Below are positions 1 to 11,305 of a DNA stretch of 64,000 nt, piece by piece; positions within the stretch are counted from its first letter, which is position 1; each line of letters begins with the position of its first letter. The DNA is from Candidatus Multivoradales bacterium (GTDB lineage: Bacteria > Acidobacteriota > Thermoanaerobaculia > Multivoradales > JAHEKO01): NCBI GenBank assembly GCA_965224065.1, contig CBDCYF010000005.1, positions 2,751,616-2,815,615 of the forward strand, written 5' to 3'. Position numbers and translations under genes: made by a program. The notes beneath the pieces were generated by a model that had not been told where the DNA came from, searched no databases, and saw only the letters and a program-made list of their open reading frames with translations.

Positions 1-530
1 CGCGCAATCTTTCCCCGCTCGAGCCCAGCGTGGTGACGGTCGGGATCGTCCGGGGCGGCGAGCGGTTCAACATCATCCCCGGCGAGGTGCACCTGGAGGG
101 GACCGTGCGCACCTTCAGCCCCGAGGCGCGCGAAGCGGTCCGGCAGCGCATCGAAGAGATCCTGGATGGGGTCACCAGCGCCGGGGGAGGCAGCTACGAA
201 ATCGTCCAGTACCGCAACAACGCGCCGGCGACGATCAACGACCCGGCGCTGGCGCGAAGGGTGAGGCCGGTGCTCGAGGCGGCGGTCGGGGCGGAAAGCG
301 TGATCGAGACCTCGCCCACCATGGGGGGAGAGGATTTTGCCTATTTTGCCAACCGGGTTCCGGGGTTCTACTTCCGCCTCGGAGTGCTCGAAGAAGGGAC
401 CGAATCGGGGGGGCTCCACACCCCGACCTTCCGCGCCGGGGACGGGGCGGTCGAGACCGGGATCCGCGCCATGGCGGCGCTGGTGCTGGACTCCCTGGGA
501 GGCGGGCCGGGCGCCGATGCGTCACGTTGA
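1..530 (+). CDS. M20 family amidohydrolase/peptidase, C-terminal fragment. The gene starts upstream of the window.
   Basis: Frame continues from the window edge. The C-terminal region carries a GGEDFAYF motif typical of M20D amidohydrolases (hippurate hydrolase-like) and ends at TGA 528-530. Confidence 0.55.
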   Translation, partial: RNLSPLEPSVVTVGIVRGGERFNIIPGEVHLEGTVRTFSPEAREAVRQRIEEILDGVTSAGGGSYEIVQYRNNAPATINDPALARRVRPVLEAAVGAESVIETSPTMGGEDFAYFANRVPGFYFRLGVLEEGTESGGLHTPTFRAGDGAVETGIRAMAALVLDSLGGGPGADASR

Positions 531-560
531 CGTCTTGTCCCGCGGTGGCGCCAAAAATCG

Positions 561-589
561 TTGAGCGCGCTCTCCACCGAGGGTAGAAT
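561..589 (+). promoter_or_regulatory. Candidate sigma70-type promoter for pckA (TTGAGC-17-TAGAAT).
   Basis: TTGAGC at 561-566, a 17-nt spacer, and TAGAAT at 584-589, about 50 nt upstream of the pckA start. Identified by eye only. Confidence 0.3.
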
Positions 590-639
590 CTGCCCTCCGG
601 TTTTCGGGATCCTCCGGGCGGAATTCAACGCAAAATACA

Positions 640-2259
640 ATGAAGAATCACGGGTTGCATGTCAGCCGCAACGGGTTGGAGCAGGTGGGCCTCGAGGGGG
701 CCGCGAATGTCTACTGGAACCTGCCGCCGGCCCAGCTCTACGAACAGGCCATCCGCCGGGGTGAGGCGGTGCTGGCCGCCGAGGGTCCGTTGGTGGCTCG
801 AACCGGAGCCCACACGGGCCGCTCTCCCAACGACCGGTTTGTAGTCCGCAATCCGGAGGGGCCGAGCGCGGGCAAGATCTGGTGGGGCGAGGTCAACAGA
901 GCGTTTAACCCGTCGGCCTTTGCCGCGCTCGAGCGGGAGATGGCGAGCTATCTACAAGGGCGCGACTTGTTCGTCTTCGACGGCTACGCCGGGGCCGACC
1001 CCGAGTACCGGTTGAACGTGCGGGTCGTCAACGAGCTCGCCTGGCACAATCTCTTTGCCCGCAACATGTTTGTGCGCGAAAGCGACGGTGCGGCCCTCGA
1101 GTCCTTCTCGCCGCAGTTCACCGTGATCTCGGCGCCGGGCTTTCAGGCCGACCCGGACCGCCATGGCACCTCGAGCGGCACGTTCATTCTGCTTGACTTG
1201 GAGAAGCGACGGGTTCTGATCGGTGGCAGCGCCTACGCCGGCGAGATCAAGAAGTCGATCTTCTCGGTGATGAACTATCTACTGCCCGAGTGCGGCGTGC
1301 TGCCGATGCACTGTAGCTGCAACTACGGACCGGAGGGCGACACGGCGCTTTTCTTTGGCTTGAGCGGCACCGGCAAGACCACCCTTTCGGCCGACTCCGA
1401 GCGCACCCTGCTGGGCGACGACGAGCACGGCTGGAGTGAGCGGGGAGTGTTCAATTTCGAGGGCGGCTGCTATGCGAAGGTGATCCGGCTCTCGCCGGAC
1501 GGCGAGCCCGAGATCTACGCAACGACTCGGCGTTTTGGCACCATCCTGGAAAACGTAGTGATCGACCCGGCGAGCCGGCAGATCGATCTCGACGACGGTA
1601 CCTGTACCGAAAACACGCGGGCCAGCTATCCCTTGACCCAGCTCGAGCGCGCCGATCTGAAGGGTTGCGCCGGACACCCGCGCCATGTCGTGTTTCTCAC
1701 CTGCGACGCCTTTGGTGTGCTGCCTCCGATCAGCCGGTTGAGCGACGAGCAGGCGTCGTACCATTTCCTGAGTGGCTACACGGCCAAGGTCGCCGGCACC
1801 GAGCGCGGGGTGACGGAGCCCAAGGCCACATTCAGCGCTTGTTTTGGGGCGCCGTTTATGCCGCTTCACCCAGGGGTCTACGCCAAGATGCTGGCGGAGA
1901 AGACGCGGCGCCACGGGGCCCGGGTGTGGCTGGTCAACACCGGTTGGACGGGTGGGCCGGCCGGGATCGGGGAGCGGATGGCGCTGAGTCACACGCGGCG
2001 CATGGTGCGCGCGGCGCTGGGTGGCGAGCTGGAGGGCGTGGAGTTCTCGACCGATCCGCTCTTTGGACTCGAGATCCCTGCGCGGGTGGCCGGTGTGCCG
2101 GACGGGATCCTCGTGCCGCGCTCGACCTGGGCCGACCCGGCGGCCTACGACGATCGAGCCGGCAAGCTGGCCGAGATGTTTGCCGATAACTTCCGCTGTT
2201 TCGAGGAGGGCGTCGGGGCCGAGGTTCGGGCGGCGGGTCCCAGCCGGGTCGGCGTCTAG
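640..2259 (+). CDS. pckA: ATP-dependent phosphoenolpyruvate carboxykinase.
   Basis: 539 aa. Carries the kinase P-loop [11 protein letters not shown] and a PEPCK-ATP N-terminus (NL..LYE). The length is typical for PckA. Confidence 0.9.
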   Translation: MKNHGLHVSRNGLEQVGLEGAANVYWNLPPAQLYEQAIRRGEAVLAAEGPLVARTGAHTGRSPNDRFVVRNPEGPSAGKIWWGEVNRAFNPSAFAALEREMASYLQGRDLFVFDGYAGADPEYRLNVRVVNELAWHNLFARNMFVRESDGAALESFSPQFTVISAPGFQADPDRHGTSSGTFILLDLEKRRVLIGGSAYAGEIKKSIFSVMNYLLPECGVLPMHCSCNYGPEGDTALFFGLSGTGKTTLSADSERTLLGDDEHGWSERGVFNFEGGCYAKVIRLSPDGEPEIYATTRRFGTILENVVIDPASRQIDLDDGTCTENTRASYPLTQLERADLKGCAGHPRHVVFLTCDAFGVLPPISRLSDEQASYHFLSGYTAKVAGTERGVTEPKATFSACFGAPFMPLHPGVYAKMLAEKTRRHGARVWLVNTGWTGGPAGIGERMALSHTRRMVRAALGGELEGVEFSTDPLFGLEIPARVAGVPDGILVPRSTWADPAAYDDRAGKLAEMFADNFRCFEEGVGAEVRAAGPSRVGV

Positions 2260-2283
2260 CCCGGTCTTCGTTTGTTCAAAAAG

Positions 2284-2313
2284 AAAAAGGGAGGCGTTTC
2301 CGCCTCCCTTTCT
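2284..2313. terminator. Bidirectional rho-independent terminator between pckA (+) and the dodecin gene (-).
   Basis: Perfect 8-bp stem GGGAGGCG/CGCCTCCC (2289-2296 and 2301-2308) with loop TTTC. It is flanked by AAAAA on the 5' side and TTTCT on the 3' side, and sits between convergent genes. Confidence 0.65.
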
Positions 2314-2331
2314 CGTCCGATCGAGCGACGA

Positions 2332-2541
2332 TCAGTCCTTGAGCACGAACGTGATCTTCATGTTGACGCAGTAGTTGGTCACTTCGCCGCCCGAGACCTC
2401 GACCTTCATCTCGTTGACCCAGGCACCCTTGATGTTGTCGAGGGTCTTGTTGGCGCGCGAGATACCCTCGCGGACGGCGGCCTCGAAGCTTTCGGACGAA
2501 CAGGCGGAAATCTCGGACACTTTGGCTACGGACATGTTCAC
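2332..2541 (-). CDS. Dodecin family flavin-binding protein.
   Basis: 69 aa. The sequence (ISACSSESFEAAVREGISRA...MKITFVLKD) follows the dodecin fold pattern seen in bacterial and archaeal dodecins. Confidence 0.7.
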   Translation of the reverse strand: MNMSVAKVSEISACSSESFEAAVREGISRANKTLDNIKGAWVNEMKVEVSGGEVTNYCVNMKITFVLKD

Positions 2542-2642
2542 TTCCTCCGTTTTTGAGGTTAAAGACTCGACCGAGAACAGCGTCGTCGGCGGCTCTCGGT
2601 GGAATGACCGGGCGGGGAATATAGCATGAGAATCGGCTAGCC

Positions 2643-3362
2643 ATGGGCGTGACGCGGCTGGAGAAGATCGCCCGCAAGCTCTCGCGCGAGGTCGCCGGGC
2701 TCGAGTTCTCGTTTCCGGTCACCCATGTGTACAACCCGCTCGAATACGCCTGGGCGGCTCACGGCGCCTACTTGCGCCGGTTCGGTCGAGGGAACAAGCA
2801 GGTGGTCTTTCTCGGCATGAACCCGGGACCCTGGGGCATGAGCCAGACCGGGGTCCCCTTTGGGGAGGTCACGGCGGTCAAGGACTGGATGCGCCTCGAG
2901 GCCGAGGTCGGCCACCCGGCCCGCGAGCACCCCAAGCGGCCCGTCGAGGGGTTCGCGTGCCGCCGCAGCGAGGTCAGCGGCCGCCGCCTCTGGGGCTGGG
3001 CTCGGTCTCGATTCGAAACCCCGGAAAGGTTTTTCTCCCGCTTCTTTGTCGCCAACTACTGCCCGCTGGTTTTTCTCGAGTCGAGCGGTCGCAACCGCAC
3101 CCCCGACCGCTTGCCCGCCGTGGAGCGGCGGCCTCTGCTCGAGGTCTGCGATCGGGCGCTCGCGGCTAGTGTCGGGGTCTTGGCGCCCGAGTGGGTGATT
3201 GGAGTGGGCCGGTTTGCCGAATCACGGGCACGGGCAGCGCTTGAAGGAACGGATGTCGAGATCGGCCGGATTCTCCATCCCAGCCCGGCCAGCCCGGCGG
3301 CCAACCGCGGCTGGGAGGACAAGATCGAATCGGAGCTGAAAGCGCTGGAGATCGGGCTCTGA
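2643..3362 (+). CDS. Uracil-DNA glycosylase, family 3 (SMUG-type).
   Basis: Motif A GMNPGPWGMSQTGVPFG and motif B HPSPASP match the SMUG1 signatures GMNPGP and HPSP. The protein is 239 aa. Confidence 0.7.
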   Translation: MGVTRLEKIARKLSREVAGLEFSFPVTHVYNPLEYAWAAHGAYLRRFGRGNKQVVFLGMNPGPWGMSQTGVPFGEVTAVKDWMRLEAEVGHPAREHPKRPVEGFACRRSEVSGRRLWGWARSRFETPERFFSRFFVANYCPLVFLESSGRNRTPDRLPAVERRPLLEVCDRALAASVGVLAPEWVIGVGRFAESRARAALEGTDVEIGRILHPSPASPAANRGWEDKIESELKALEIGL

Positions 3363-3395
3363 CGGGTTCTTTGCCAGTCCTCATGCTAGGTTAGA

Positions 3396-4517
3396 TTGGT
3401 GGTCGAGAATCGCGCCAAGGGCGCTGCGCCCGGGCGCTCGCTGCTGATCGCGGCGGCGTTCGTCATCGTCGTTGCGGGGCTGAGGGCCGCCGCCGAGATT
3501 CTCCAGCCCCTGCTGCTGGCGGTCTTTATCGCCGTCCTGAGCTTTCCATTTTTGGAGTGGCTGCGTCGTTGCGGCGTGCGCACCGCGCTGGCGGTCGTTG
3601 CAACAGTCTTTGCCGACCTGGCCTTGCTGGTCGCGCTGGGTCTTCTGATCTCCGGGGCGGTCAACGAGTTTGCGTCCACCGCGCCGAGCTATGTGGCGGC
3701 GCTCATCGAGAAGGGCAAAACGGCGCTTGCGGCGCTCGAAGAGCGTGGAGTCAATCTCTCCGAATGGGTGGCCCTCGAGCCGATCGACCCACGCCAGCTC
3801 GTGGATGTGGTCGGTGGGATCGTGGGTGGCACCGTCCGCGGCGTGGTCTCGGTCTTTTCGGGAATCACCCTGGTGGCGGTGACCCTCATCTTTGTCCTCC
3901 ACGAGCTGGTCGTCTTCCCGGGCAAGCTCCGCACGGCCCTCGGCGGACCCGACCCCATGCGGCACTTCGAGAGCGTCGTCCGGGAGGTTCAGCACTATCT
4001 CGGCATCAAGACCGTGGTCAGCCTCGGGACCGGCTTGATCATCGGCGGCTGGGCCTGGATCTTGGGGGTGGATTTCCCCTTGCTGTGGGGGCTCGCCGCC
4101 TTTTTGCTGAACTACATTCCGTTTCTGGGCTCGTTTATCGCGGGAGTGCCCGCCGTGCTGGTGACCCTGGTGCAGTTCGGCTGGGGGCGCGCCCTGTTGC
4201 TGGCGCTCGGCTATCTGGCGGTCAATATCCTGATCGGAAACCTGCTCGAGCCCCATCTGATGGGCCGCCGGTTCGGCCTGTCGTCGACCGTGGTGATGGT
4301 GTCGTTGATGTTCTGGGGCTGGGTCTGGGGCCCGCTCGGGATGATCCTCTCCGTGCCTCTGACCACCACCTTGAAGATCGCCTTCCAGCACAGCGATGGG
4401 ATGGCCTGGGCGGCCGTGCTCCTGGGCCCCGGTGAGGCCCCGGAACCGGCTCGCGCGGCGGCCAAGAGTCCCCCGGAGAAAAACCCGGTCAAAGAGGGCT
4501 CGACCGCAAGTCCCTAG
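3396..4517 (+). CDS. AI-2E family transporter (UPF0118 / PerM-like) membrane protein.
   Basis: 373 aa, polytopic and hydrophobic throughout. The conserved C-terminal region is characteristic of the AI-2E family. The long antisense ORF 3381..5054 is rejected. Confidence 0.6.
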   Translation: MVVENRAKGAAPGRSLLIAAAFVIVVAGLRAAAEILQPLLLAVFIAVLSFPFLEWLRRCGVRTALAVVATVFADLALLVALGLLISGAVNEFASTAPSYVAALIEKGKTALAALEERGVNLSEWVALEPIDPRQLVDVVGGIVGGTVRGVVSVFSGITLVAVTLIFVLHELVVFPGKLRTALGGPDPMRHFESVVREVQHYLGIKTVVSLGTGLIIGGWAWILGVDFPLLWGLAAFLLNYIPFLGSFIAGVPAVLVTLVQFGWGRALLLALGYLAVNILIGNLLEPHLMGRRFGLSSTVVMVSLMFWGWVWGPLGMILSVPLTTTLKIAFQHSDGMAWAAVLLGPGEAPEPARAAAKSPPEKNPVKEGSTASP

Positions 4518-4530
4518 TCCCAGGCCCGTC

Positions 4531-4590
4531 TTGACAGCGGCCTGAGATCTGCTACGATTTTCGAGGAAATCGGACCAGTTTGGTCCGATT
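4531..4590 (+). promoter_or_regulatory. Candidate promoter (TTGACA-16/17-TACGAT) followed by a 23-bp perfect palindrome (AATCGGACCAGTTTGGTCCGATT). This is the likely Rrf2/IscR-type operator for the rrf2-suf operon.
   Basis: TTGACA at 4531-4536, TACGAT at 4553-4558. The palindrome at 4568-4590 has exactly reverse-complementary 10-bp arms and lies immediately upstream of the Rrf2 start at 4599. Confidence 0.45.
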
Positions 4591-4598
4591 TTTTCACC

Positions 4599-5066
4599 AT
4601 GTTGCGCATGACCAAACAAGCCGACTACGGAATCGTCCTGCTGACTCGCATGGCGATCGATCCCGAGCGCTGGTTCAACGCCTCGCAGCTCGCCGAGTTG
4701 GTCCACCTGCCGCTGCCCACGGTGTCGAAGATCTTGAAGATTCTGGCCCGCGCGGACCTGCTCGAATCGCACCGCGGGGTCAAGGGCGGCTACTGTCTGG
4801 CGCGTCTGCCGGCCGAGATCACCATGGCCGAGATCATCAGCGCCCTGGACGGCCCGATCGCGGTCACCGAGTGCATCGACGACGCCCCGGGGGAGTGCTC
4901 GCAGGAATCGATTTGCGCCATCCGGGAGAACTGGCAGCGAATCAACAACTCGATCCGTTCGGCGTTGGAGGGGATCACCCTCGAGGAGATGTCTCATCCG
5001 GCGACACAGGGTCTGGTCACCCTGGGCGAAGGAGGGGCGGCCTCCGGCGCCCAAGTGGTTTCATAA
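4599..5066 (+). CDS. Rrf2 family transcriptional regulator (IscR/SufR-like, putative Fe-S cluster sensor).
   Basis: The N-terminus MLRMTKQADYGIVLLTRMA is an Rrf2 HTH. A three-Cys cluster (C-x6-C-x5-C near ECIDDAPGECSQESIC) resembles the IscR cluster ligands. It sits directly upstream of sufBCDSU. Confidence 0.8.
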   Translation: MLRMTKQADYGIVLLTRMAIDPERWFNASQLAELVHLPLPTVSKILKILARADLLESHRGVKGGYCLARLPAEITMAEIISALDGPIAVTECIDDAPGECSQESICAIRENWQRINNSIRSALEGITLEEMSHPATQGLVTLGEGGAASGAQVVS

Positions 5067-5111
5067 AGACGAGCGGCTTCACACGATTGATGGAATTGGA
5101 AGGGAAGAGAG

Positions 5112-6575
<1,464 letters not shown>

Positions 6576-6643
6576 CTATCCGGAATCGATAAAAACCGCC
6601 GGCCCCTTTGTGAGGGCGGCGTTCCCCAGGAGAGAGATAGAAG

Positions 6644-7423
<780 letters not shown>

Positions 7424-7435
7424 GGGAGGGCGCGA

Positions 7436-8790
7436 TGACGACCGCTACCGCAACCGCCGCCGCCCAGGACATCTATCGGACTGGTTTTGAAGAGTTTGTC
7501 CGGCGCCGGGAAGGGCGCGAGCCGGGATCGCTGACCGCGCTCCGCGGCTCGGCGTTCGAGCGCTTCTCGCAGCTCGGGTTCCCCGGCCGGCGGGACGAGG
7601 AATGGCGATTCACCAATGTGGCGCCGATCGCGCAGACCGCTTTCCGGCTCGACTCGGAAGCGGCTGCACCGACCCAGAGCCTCCCGGCCGAGGCGCTCGA
7701 AAAGTACCGCTACGAGGGCGCCCACGAGCTGATCTTTGTCAACGGCCGGTTCTCCACCGAGCTCTCCCGGCTCGAGCAGTTCCCCGAGGGAGTGGTGATC
7801 GGTAGCCTGGCGGAGGCTCTGGCCTCGGCTCCGGAGCGGCTGGAGGCTCATCTGGCGCGGCTCGCGAGCTTTGAAAAGCACCCGTTTGTGGCCCTCAACA
7901 CGGCCTTTTTTGCCGACGGCGCCCTGGTTTGGGTGCCCAGGGGCGTGATCGTGGAACGGCCGATCAATGTCATTCATGTCGGGGCCGCCGGAGCCGAGCC
8001 GCTCGCCTGCTTTCCGCGCCACCTCATCGTGGCCGAAGAGTCGAGCCAGGTCACGGTGGTCGAGCAGTACGGCTCGGTCGGCGACGACGTGTATCTGACC
8101 TGTCCGGTGACCGAGGTGGTGACTGAAGACAACGCCGTCATCGATCACTACAAGCTGCAGCGCGAATCGACCGACGCCTACCACGTCTCGACCTTCCAGC
8201 TTCACCAGGAGCGCGACTCGAACTTCTCGTCGCACTCGATCTCCTGGGGGGGCGGTCTGGTGCGAAACGACGTCAACGCGGTGCTCGCCGGCGAGGGCTG
8301 CGAGTCGACCTTGAACGGTCTGTACATGGTCGAGGGCAGCCAATTGGTGGACAACCACATGCGGGTCGAGCACAAGGCGGCGCACTGCGACTCGCACGAG
8401 CTCTTCAAGGGCATTCTCGAGGGCAAGGCGCGGGCGGTCTTCAACGGCCGGATCTATGTCCACCCCGGGGCCCAGAAGACCGACGCCAAACAGACCAACC
8501 GAAACCTGTTGCTCTCGCCCGACGCGCTGTGCAACTCTCACCCGCAGCTCGAGATCTTCGCCGACGACGTCAAGTGCACCCACGGCTCGACGGTCGGACA
8601 GCTCGACGAGACCGCGGTGTTCTATCTGCGCTCGCGGGGGATCGGCGAGGAAGCCGCCAAGAGCCTCTTGACCTACGCCTTTGCCGCCGACATCGTGGGG
8701 CGGATCAAGGTCGCCGAAGTCCGCCGCGATCTGGAGGAGTTTCTCTTCCGCCGGCTGCCTCGGGGAGAGGTCGTGCGGCAGGCGGTCTAG
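7436..8790 (+). CDS. sufD: Fe-S cluster assembly protein SufD.
   Basis: 451 aa downstream of sufC, with a SufB/SufD-family C-terminal region. The start was re-assigned to ATG 7435-7437, which follows a GAGGGAGGG RBS. The track ORF begins earlier, at 7375. Confidence 0.8.
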
Positions 8791-8805
8791 CCGCTGGGTA
8801 CCGTC

Positions 8806-10053
8806 GTGAGCGAGCCCGCCAAGACTCAAGCACCGGCGCTCGACGTGGAGGCGGTGCGGCGGGACTTCCCGGCCCTGGCGCTCGAGCCTTACGGCAAGCC
8901 GCTGGTTTATCTCGACAGCGCGGCCTCGGCGCAGAAGCCGCGGGTGGTGATCGACACCGAGGCTCGCTGCTACCGGGAGTACTACGCCAACGTCCACCGT
9001 GGCGTCCATTACCTCTCCGCCAAGGCGACGGTGGCCTACGAGGACGCGCGGCGCAAGGTGGCTCGTTTTCTTGGCGCGGAAAACCCCAACGAGATCGTCT
9101 TTGTTCGCGGCGCCACCGAGGGCATCAACCTGGTGGCGTCGAGCTACGGCCGGCAACGCGTCGGCGCCGGCGACGAGGTGCTCATCACCACTATGGAGCA
9201 CCACTCGAACATCGTCCCCTGGCAGCTTCTGTGCGAGGAGAAGAGGGCGACGCTCAAAGTCGCGCCGATCAACGACCGCGGTGAGGTTGAGCTGGACGAG
9301 GTCGAGCGCCTGATGAACGAGCGCACGCGTCTCTTGGCCACCGTCCACGTGTCCAACGCGCTGGGAACGATCAACCCCGTTCGGGAGCTGATCGCGATGG
9401 CCCATGAGCGCGGCATCCCGGTGCTCTTGGATGGCGCCCAGGCGGTGCCTCATCTGCCGGTCGACGTCTCCAAGCTGGGCGTTGATTTCTATGTGTTCTC
9501 GGGCCACAAGGCCTTTGGGCCCTCCGGGATCGGCGCGCTCTTTGGAAAGTACGAGCTGCTCGAGAGCATGCCCCCTTACCAGGGCGGCGGCGAGATGATC
9601 CGGACGGTGAGCTTCGAGAAGACCGAGTACGCGGAGCCACCGGCGCGTTTCGAGGCCGGCACCCCCAACATCGCCGGCGCGGTGGCGCTCGGAGCCACCG
9701 TCGACTATCTCGACGCCCTCGGGATGGAGGCGGTTTGGGCGCATGAGGTCGAGTTGCTCGAGTACGCGACGGCGGCGCTCGAAAAGCTGCCCGGATTGAG
9801 GATCATCGGGACCGCCCGCGAGAAGGTGGGAGTGCTCTCGTTTGTCCTCGAGGGCGTCCACCCGCACGACATCGGGACGATTCTGGACCGAGAGGGCATC
9901 GCGGTGCGCACCGGTCACCACTGCGCCCAGCCGGTGATGGAGCGGTTTGGCGTGCCGGCCACCGCCCGGGCATCGTTTGGCCTCTACAACACCCGGGAGG
10001 AGGTCGACCGTTTGGTGGCGGCACTGGGCAAGGTGCGGGAGGTCTTTGCCTGA
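8806..10053 (+). CDS. sufS: Cysteine desulfurase SufS (class V aminotransferase, group II).
   Basis: 415 aa with the PLP-lysine region SGHKAFGPSGIGALF and the catalytic Cys loop RTGHHCAQP. GTG start. Its stop overlaps the sufU start. Confidence 0.85.
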   Translation: MSEPAKTQAPALDVEAVRRDFPALALEPYGKPLVYLDSAASAQKPRVVIDTEARCYREYYANVHRGVHYLSAKATVAYEDARRKVARFLGAENPNEIVFVRGATEGINLVASSYGRQRVGAGDEVLITTMEHHSNIVPWQLLCEEKRATLKVAPINDRGEVELDEVERLMNERTRLLATVHVSNALGTINPVRELIAMAHERGIPVLLDGAQAVPHLPVDVSKLGVDFYVFSGHKAFGPSGIGALFGKYELLESMPPYQGGGEMIRTVSFEKTEYAEPPARFEAGTPNIAGAVALGATVDYLDALGMEAVWAHEVELLEYATAALEKLPGLRIIGTAREKVGVLSFVLEGVHPHDIGTILDREGIAVRTGHHCAQPVMERFGVPATARASFGLYNTREEVDRLVAALGKVREVFA

Positions 10054-10514
10054 TGTCGGATCTGTTCGATCTCTACCAGGAAGTCATCCTCGACCACAAC
10101 AAGCGGCCACGCAACTTCGGCGCGCTCGAGCACCCCGACCGCGAAGCGACCGGTCACAACCCGCTCTGCGGGGATCAACTCGAGCTCGATGTCGCTCTGG
10201 ACGACGGTGGCACGGCGATCGGCGATATCCGGTTCGAGGGCTCGGGCTGCGCCATCTCCAAGGCCTCGGCCTCGCTCATGACCGAGGCGGTCAAGGGCAA
10301 GACGCTCGAAGAAGTCTCCACCCTGTTCGAGAAGTTCCACGAGCTCTTGACCGGCGATCCCAGCGTGCGCGGCGAGGCCGGAACCGACCTCGGCAAGCTG
10401 GCGGTGTTTGAAGGCGTGCGCGAGTTCCCGGTGCGGGTCAAGTGCGCCACCCTCGCCTGGCACACTCTCCAGGCGGCGCTGGAGAGCTCCGAGCAGCCGG
10501 CGACGACCGAGTAG
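10053..10514 (+). CDS. sufU: SUF system NifU/IscU-like scaffold or sulfur-acceptor protein (SufU-type).
   Basis: 153 aa. The three conserved Cys are in the pattern NPLCGD...GSGCAIS...KCATLAW. The ATGA overlap with sufS suggests translational coupling. Confidence 0.75.
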   Translation: MSDLFDLYQEVILDHNKRPRNFGALEHPDREATGHNPLCGDQLELDVALDDGGTAIGDIRFEGSGCAISKASASLMTEAVKGKTLEEVSTLFEKFHELLTGDPSVRGEAGTDLGKLAVFEGVREFPVRVKCATLAWHTLQAALESSEQPATTE

Positions 10515-10545
10515 CGGTTGTGCGGCCTTTTTTTGGGCGGCAGGC

Positions 10546-10574
10546 TTGCGCGAAGCATCATGATGCCTCATAAT
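10546..10574 (+). promoter_or_regulatory. Candidate promoter TTGCGC-17-CATAAT placed 7 nt before the vapB start. This would give a near-leaderless transcript.
   Basis: Seen by eye. The -10 CATAAT at 10569-10574 and the ATG at 10581 leave no room for an RBS. A T-run (ggcctttttttg) after the sufU stop may act as a weak terminator. Confidence 0.3.
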
Positions 10575-10580
10575 TGATGT

Positions 10581-10823
10581 ATGCGCACCACGATTACGCT
10601 CGAAGATGACGTGGCAGCTCGCTTGGAGCAACTTCGCAAAGACAAGCCGTTCAAAGAGCTGGTCAACCAGGCGCTGCGCGCCGGCCTGGATCAGATGGAG
10701 AGCTCGGTCGCGGAGCCGCCGGCGCCCTATCGGTTGCAACCGGTCGATGGCCGGCCGCGCCGGGTCGATCTCGACAACGTCGCCGATGTTCTCTCCGAGG
10801 TCGAAGGGGACAGCTACAAGTGA
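10581..10823 (+). CDS. vapB: Type II antitoxin (VapB/ribbon-helix-helix-like).
   Basis: 80 aa small protein whose stop overlaps the start of a PIN-domain gene by 4 nt. Confidence 0.6.
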   Translation: MRTTITLEDDVAARLEQLRKDKPFKELVNQALRAGLDQMESSVAEPPAPYRLQPVDGRPRRVDLDNVADVLSEVEGDSYK

Positions 10824-11251
10824 AGTTGGTCGACGCCAATCTGCTGATCTACGCCAAATTCTCCGATCTTCCTCAACACGACAGGGCGCGTGAATGGCTC
10901 GAGAACGAGCTCAATAGTCCGGGCCGGCTTGGTCTCGCGTGGCAACCGGCGCTGGCCTTTCTGCGGCTGGCGACCAACCCGCGGCTCTTTGCCCGGCCGT
11001 TGCCGACGGCGGTCGCTTGGGCCCAGCTTCGAGACTGGCTGAACCACCCTCGGGTCTGGGTGCCCGAGCCGACCGACGGCCATTTGTCGATCCTGGGCGA
11101 GTTGCTCCAGGCCACACAGGCCACGGGCAACCTCGTCCCGGATGCCCACCTGGCGGCGATCGCGATCCAGCACGGCCTGACGCTCTGTAGCGCGGACGCC
11201 GACTTTGCGCGGTTTCCCGGATTGAGCTGGACGAACCCTCTCCACGCTTGA
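10820..11251 (+). CDS. vapC: PIN-domain ribonuclease toxin VapC.
   Basis: 143 aa. The N-terminus MKLVDANLLIYA has the PIN acidic residues. It ends with a TA-typical C-terminus and is paired with the upstream antitoxin. Confidence 0.75.
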   Translation: MKLVDANLLIYAKFSDLPQHDRAREWLENELNSPGRLGLAWQPALAFLRLATNPRLFARPLPTAVAWAQLRDWLNHPRVWVPEPTDGHLSILGELLQATQATGNLVPDAHLAAIAIQHGLTLCSADADFARFPGLSWTNPLHA

Positions 11252-11305
11252 GCGTACTGTCGGGGAGTTGTGCGCTCCTGCGAGCGTTTTGCCGCGGTTC
11301 GCGGA

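Noticed and set aside
3381-5054. 557-aa ORF on the minus strand.
   Set aside because: It is antisense to two well-supported + strand genes (the AI-2E transporter and the Rrf2 regulator). Its composition is Arg/Gly/Asp/Gln-rich low complexity, typical of a GC-rich antisense frame, and it has no motifs.
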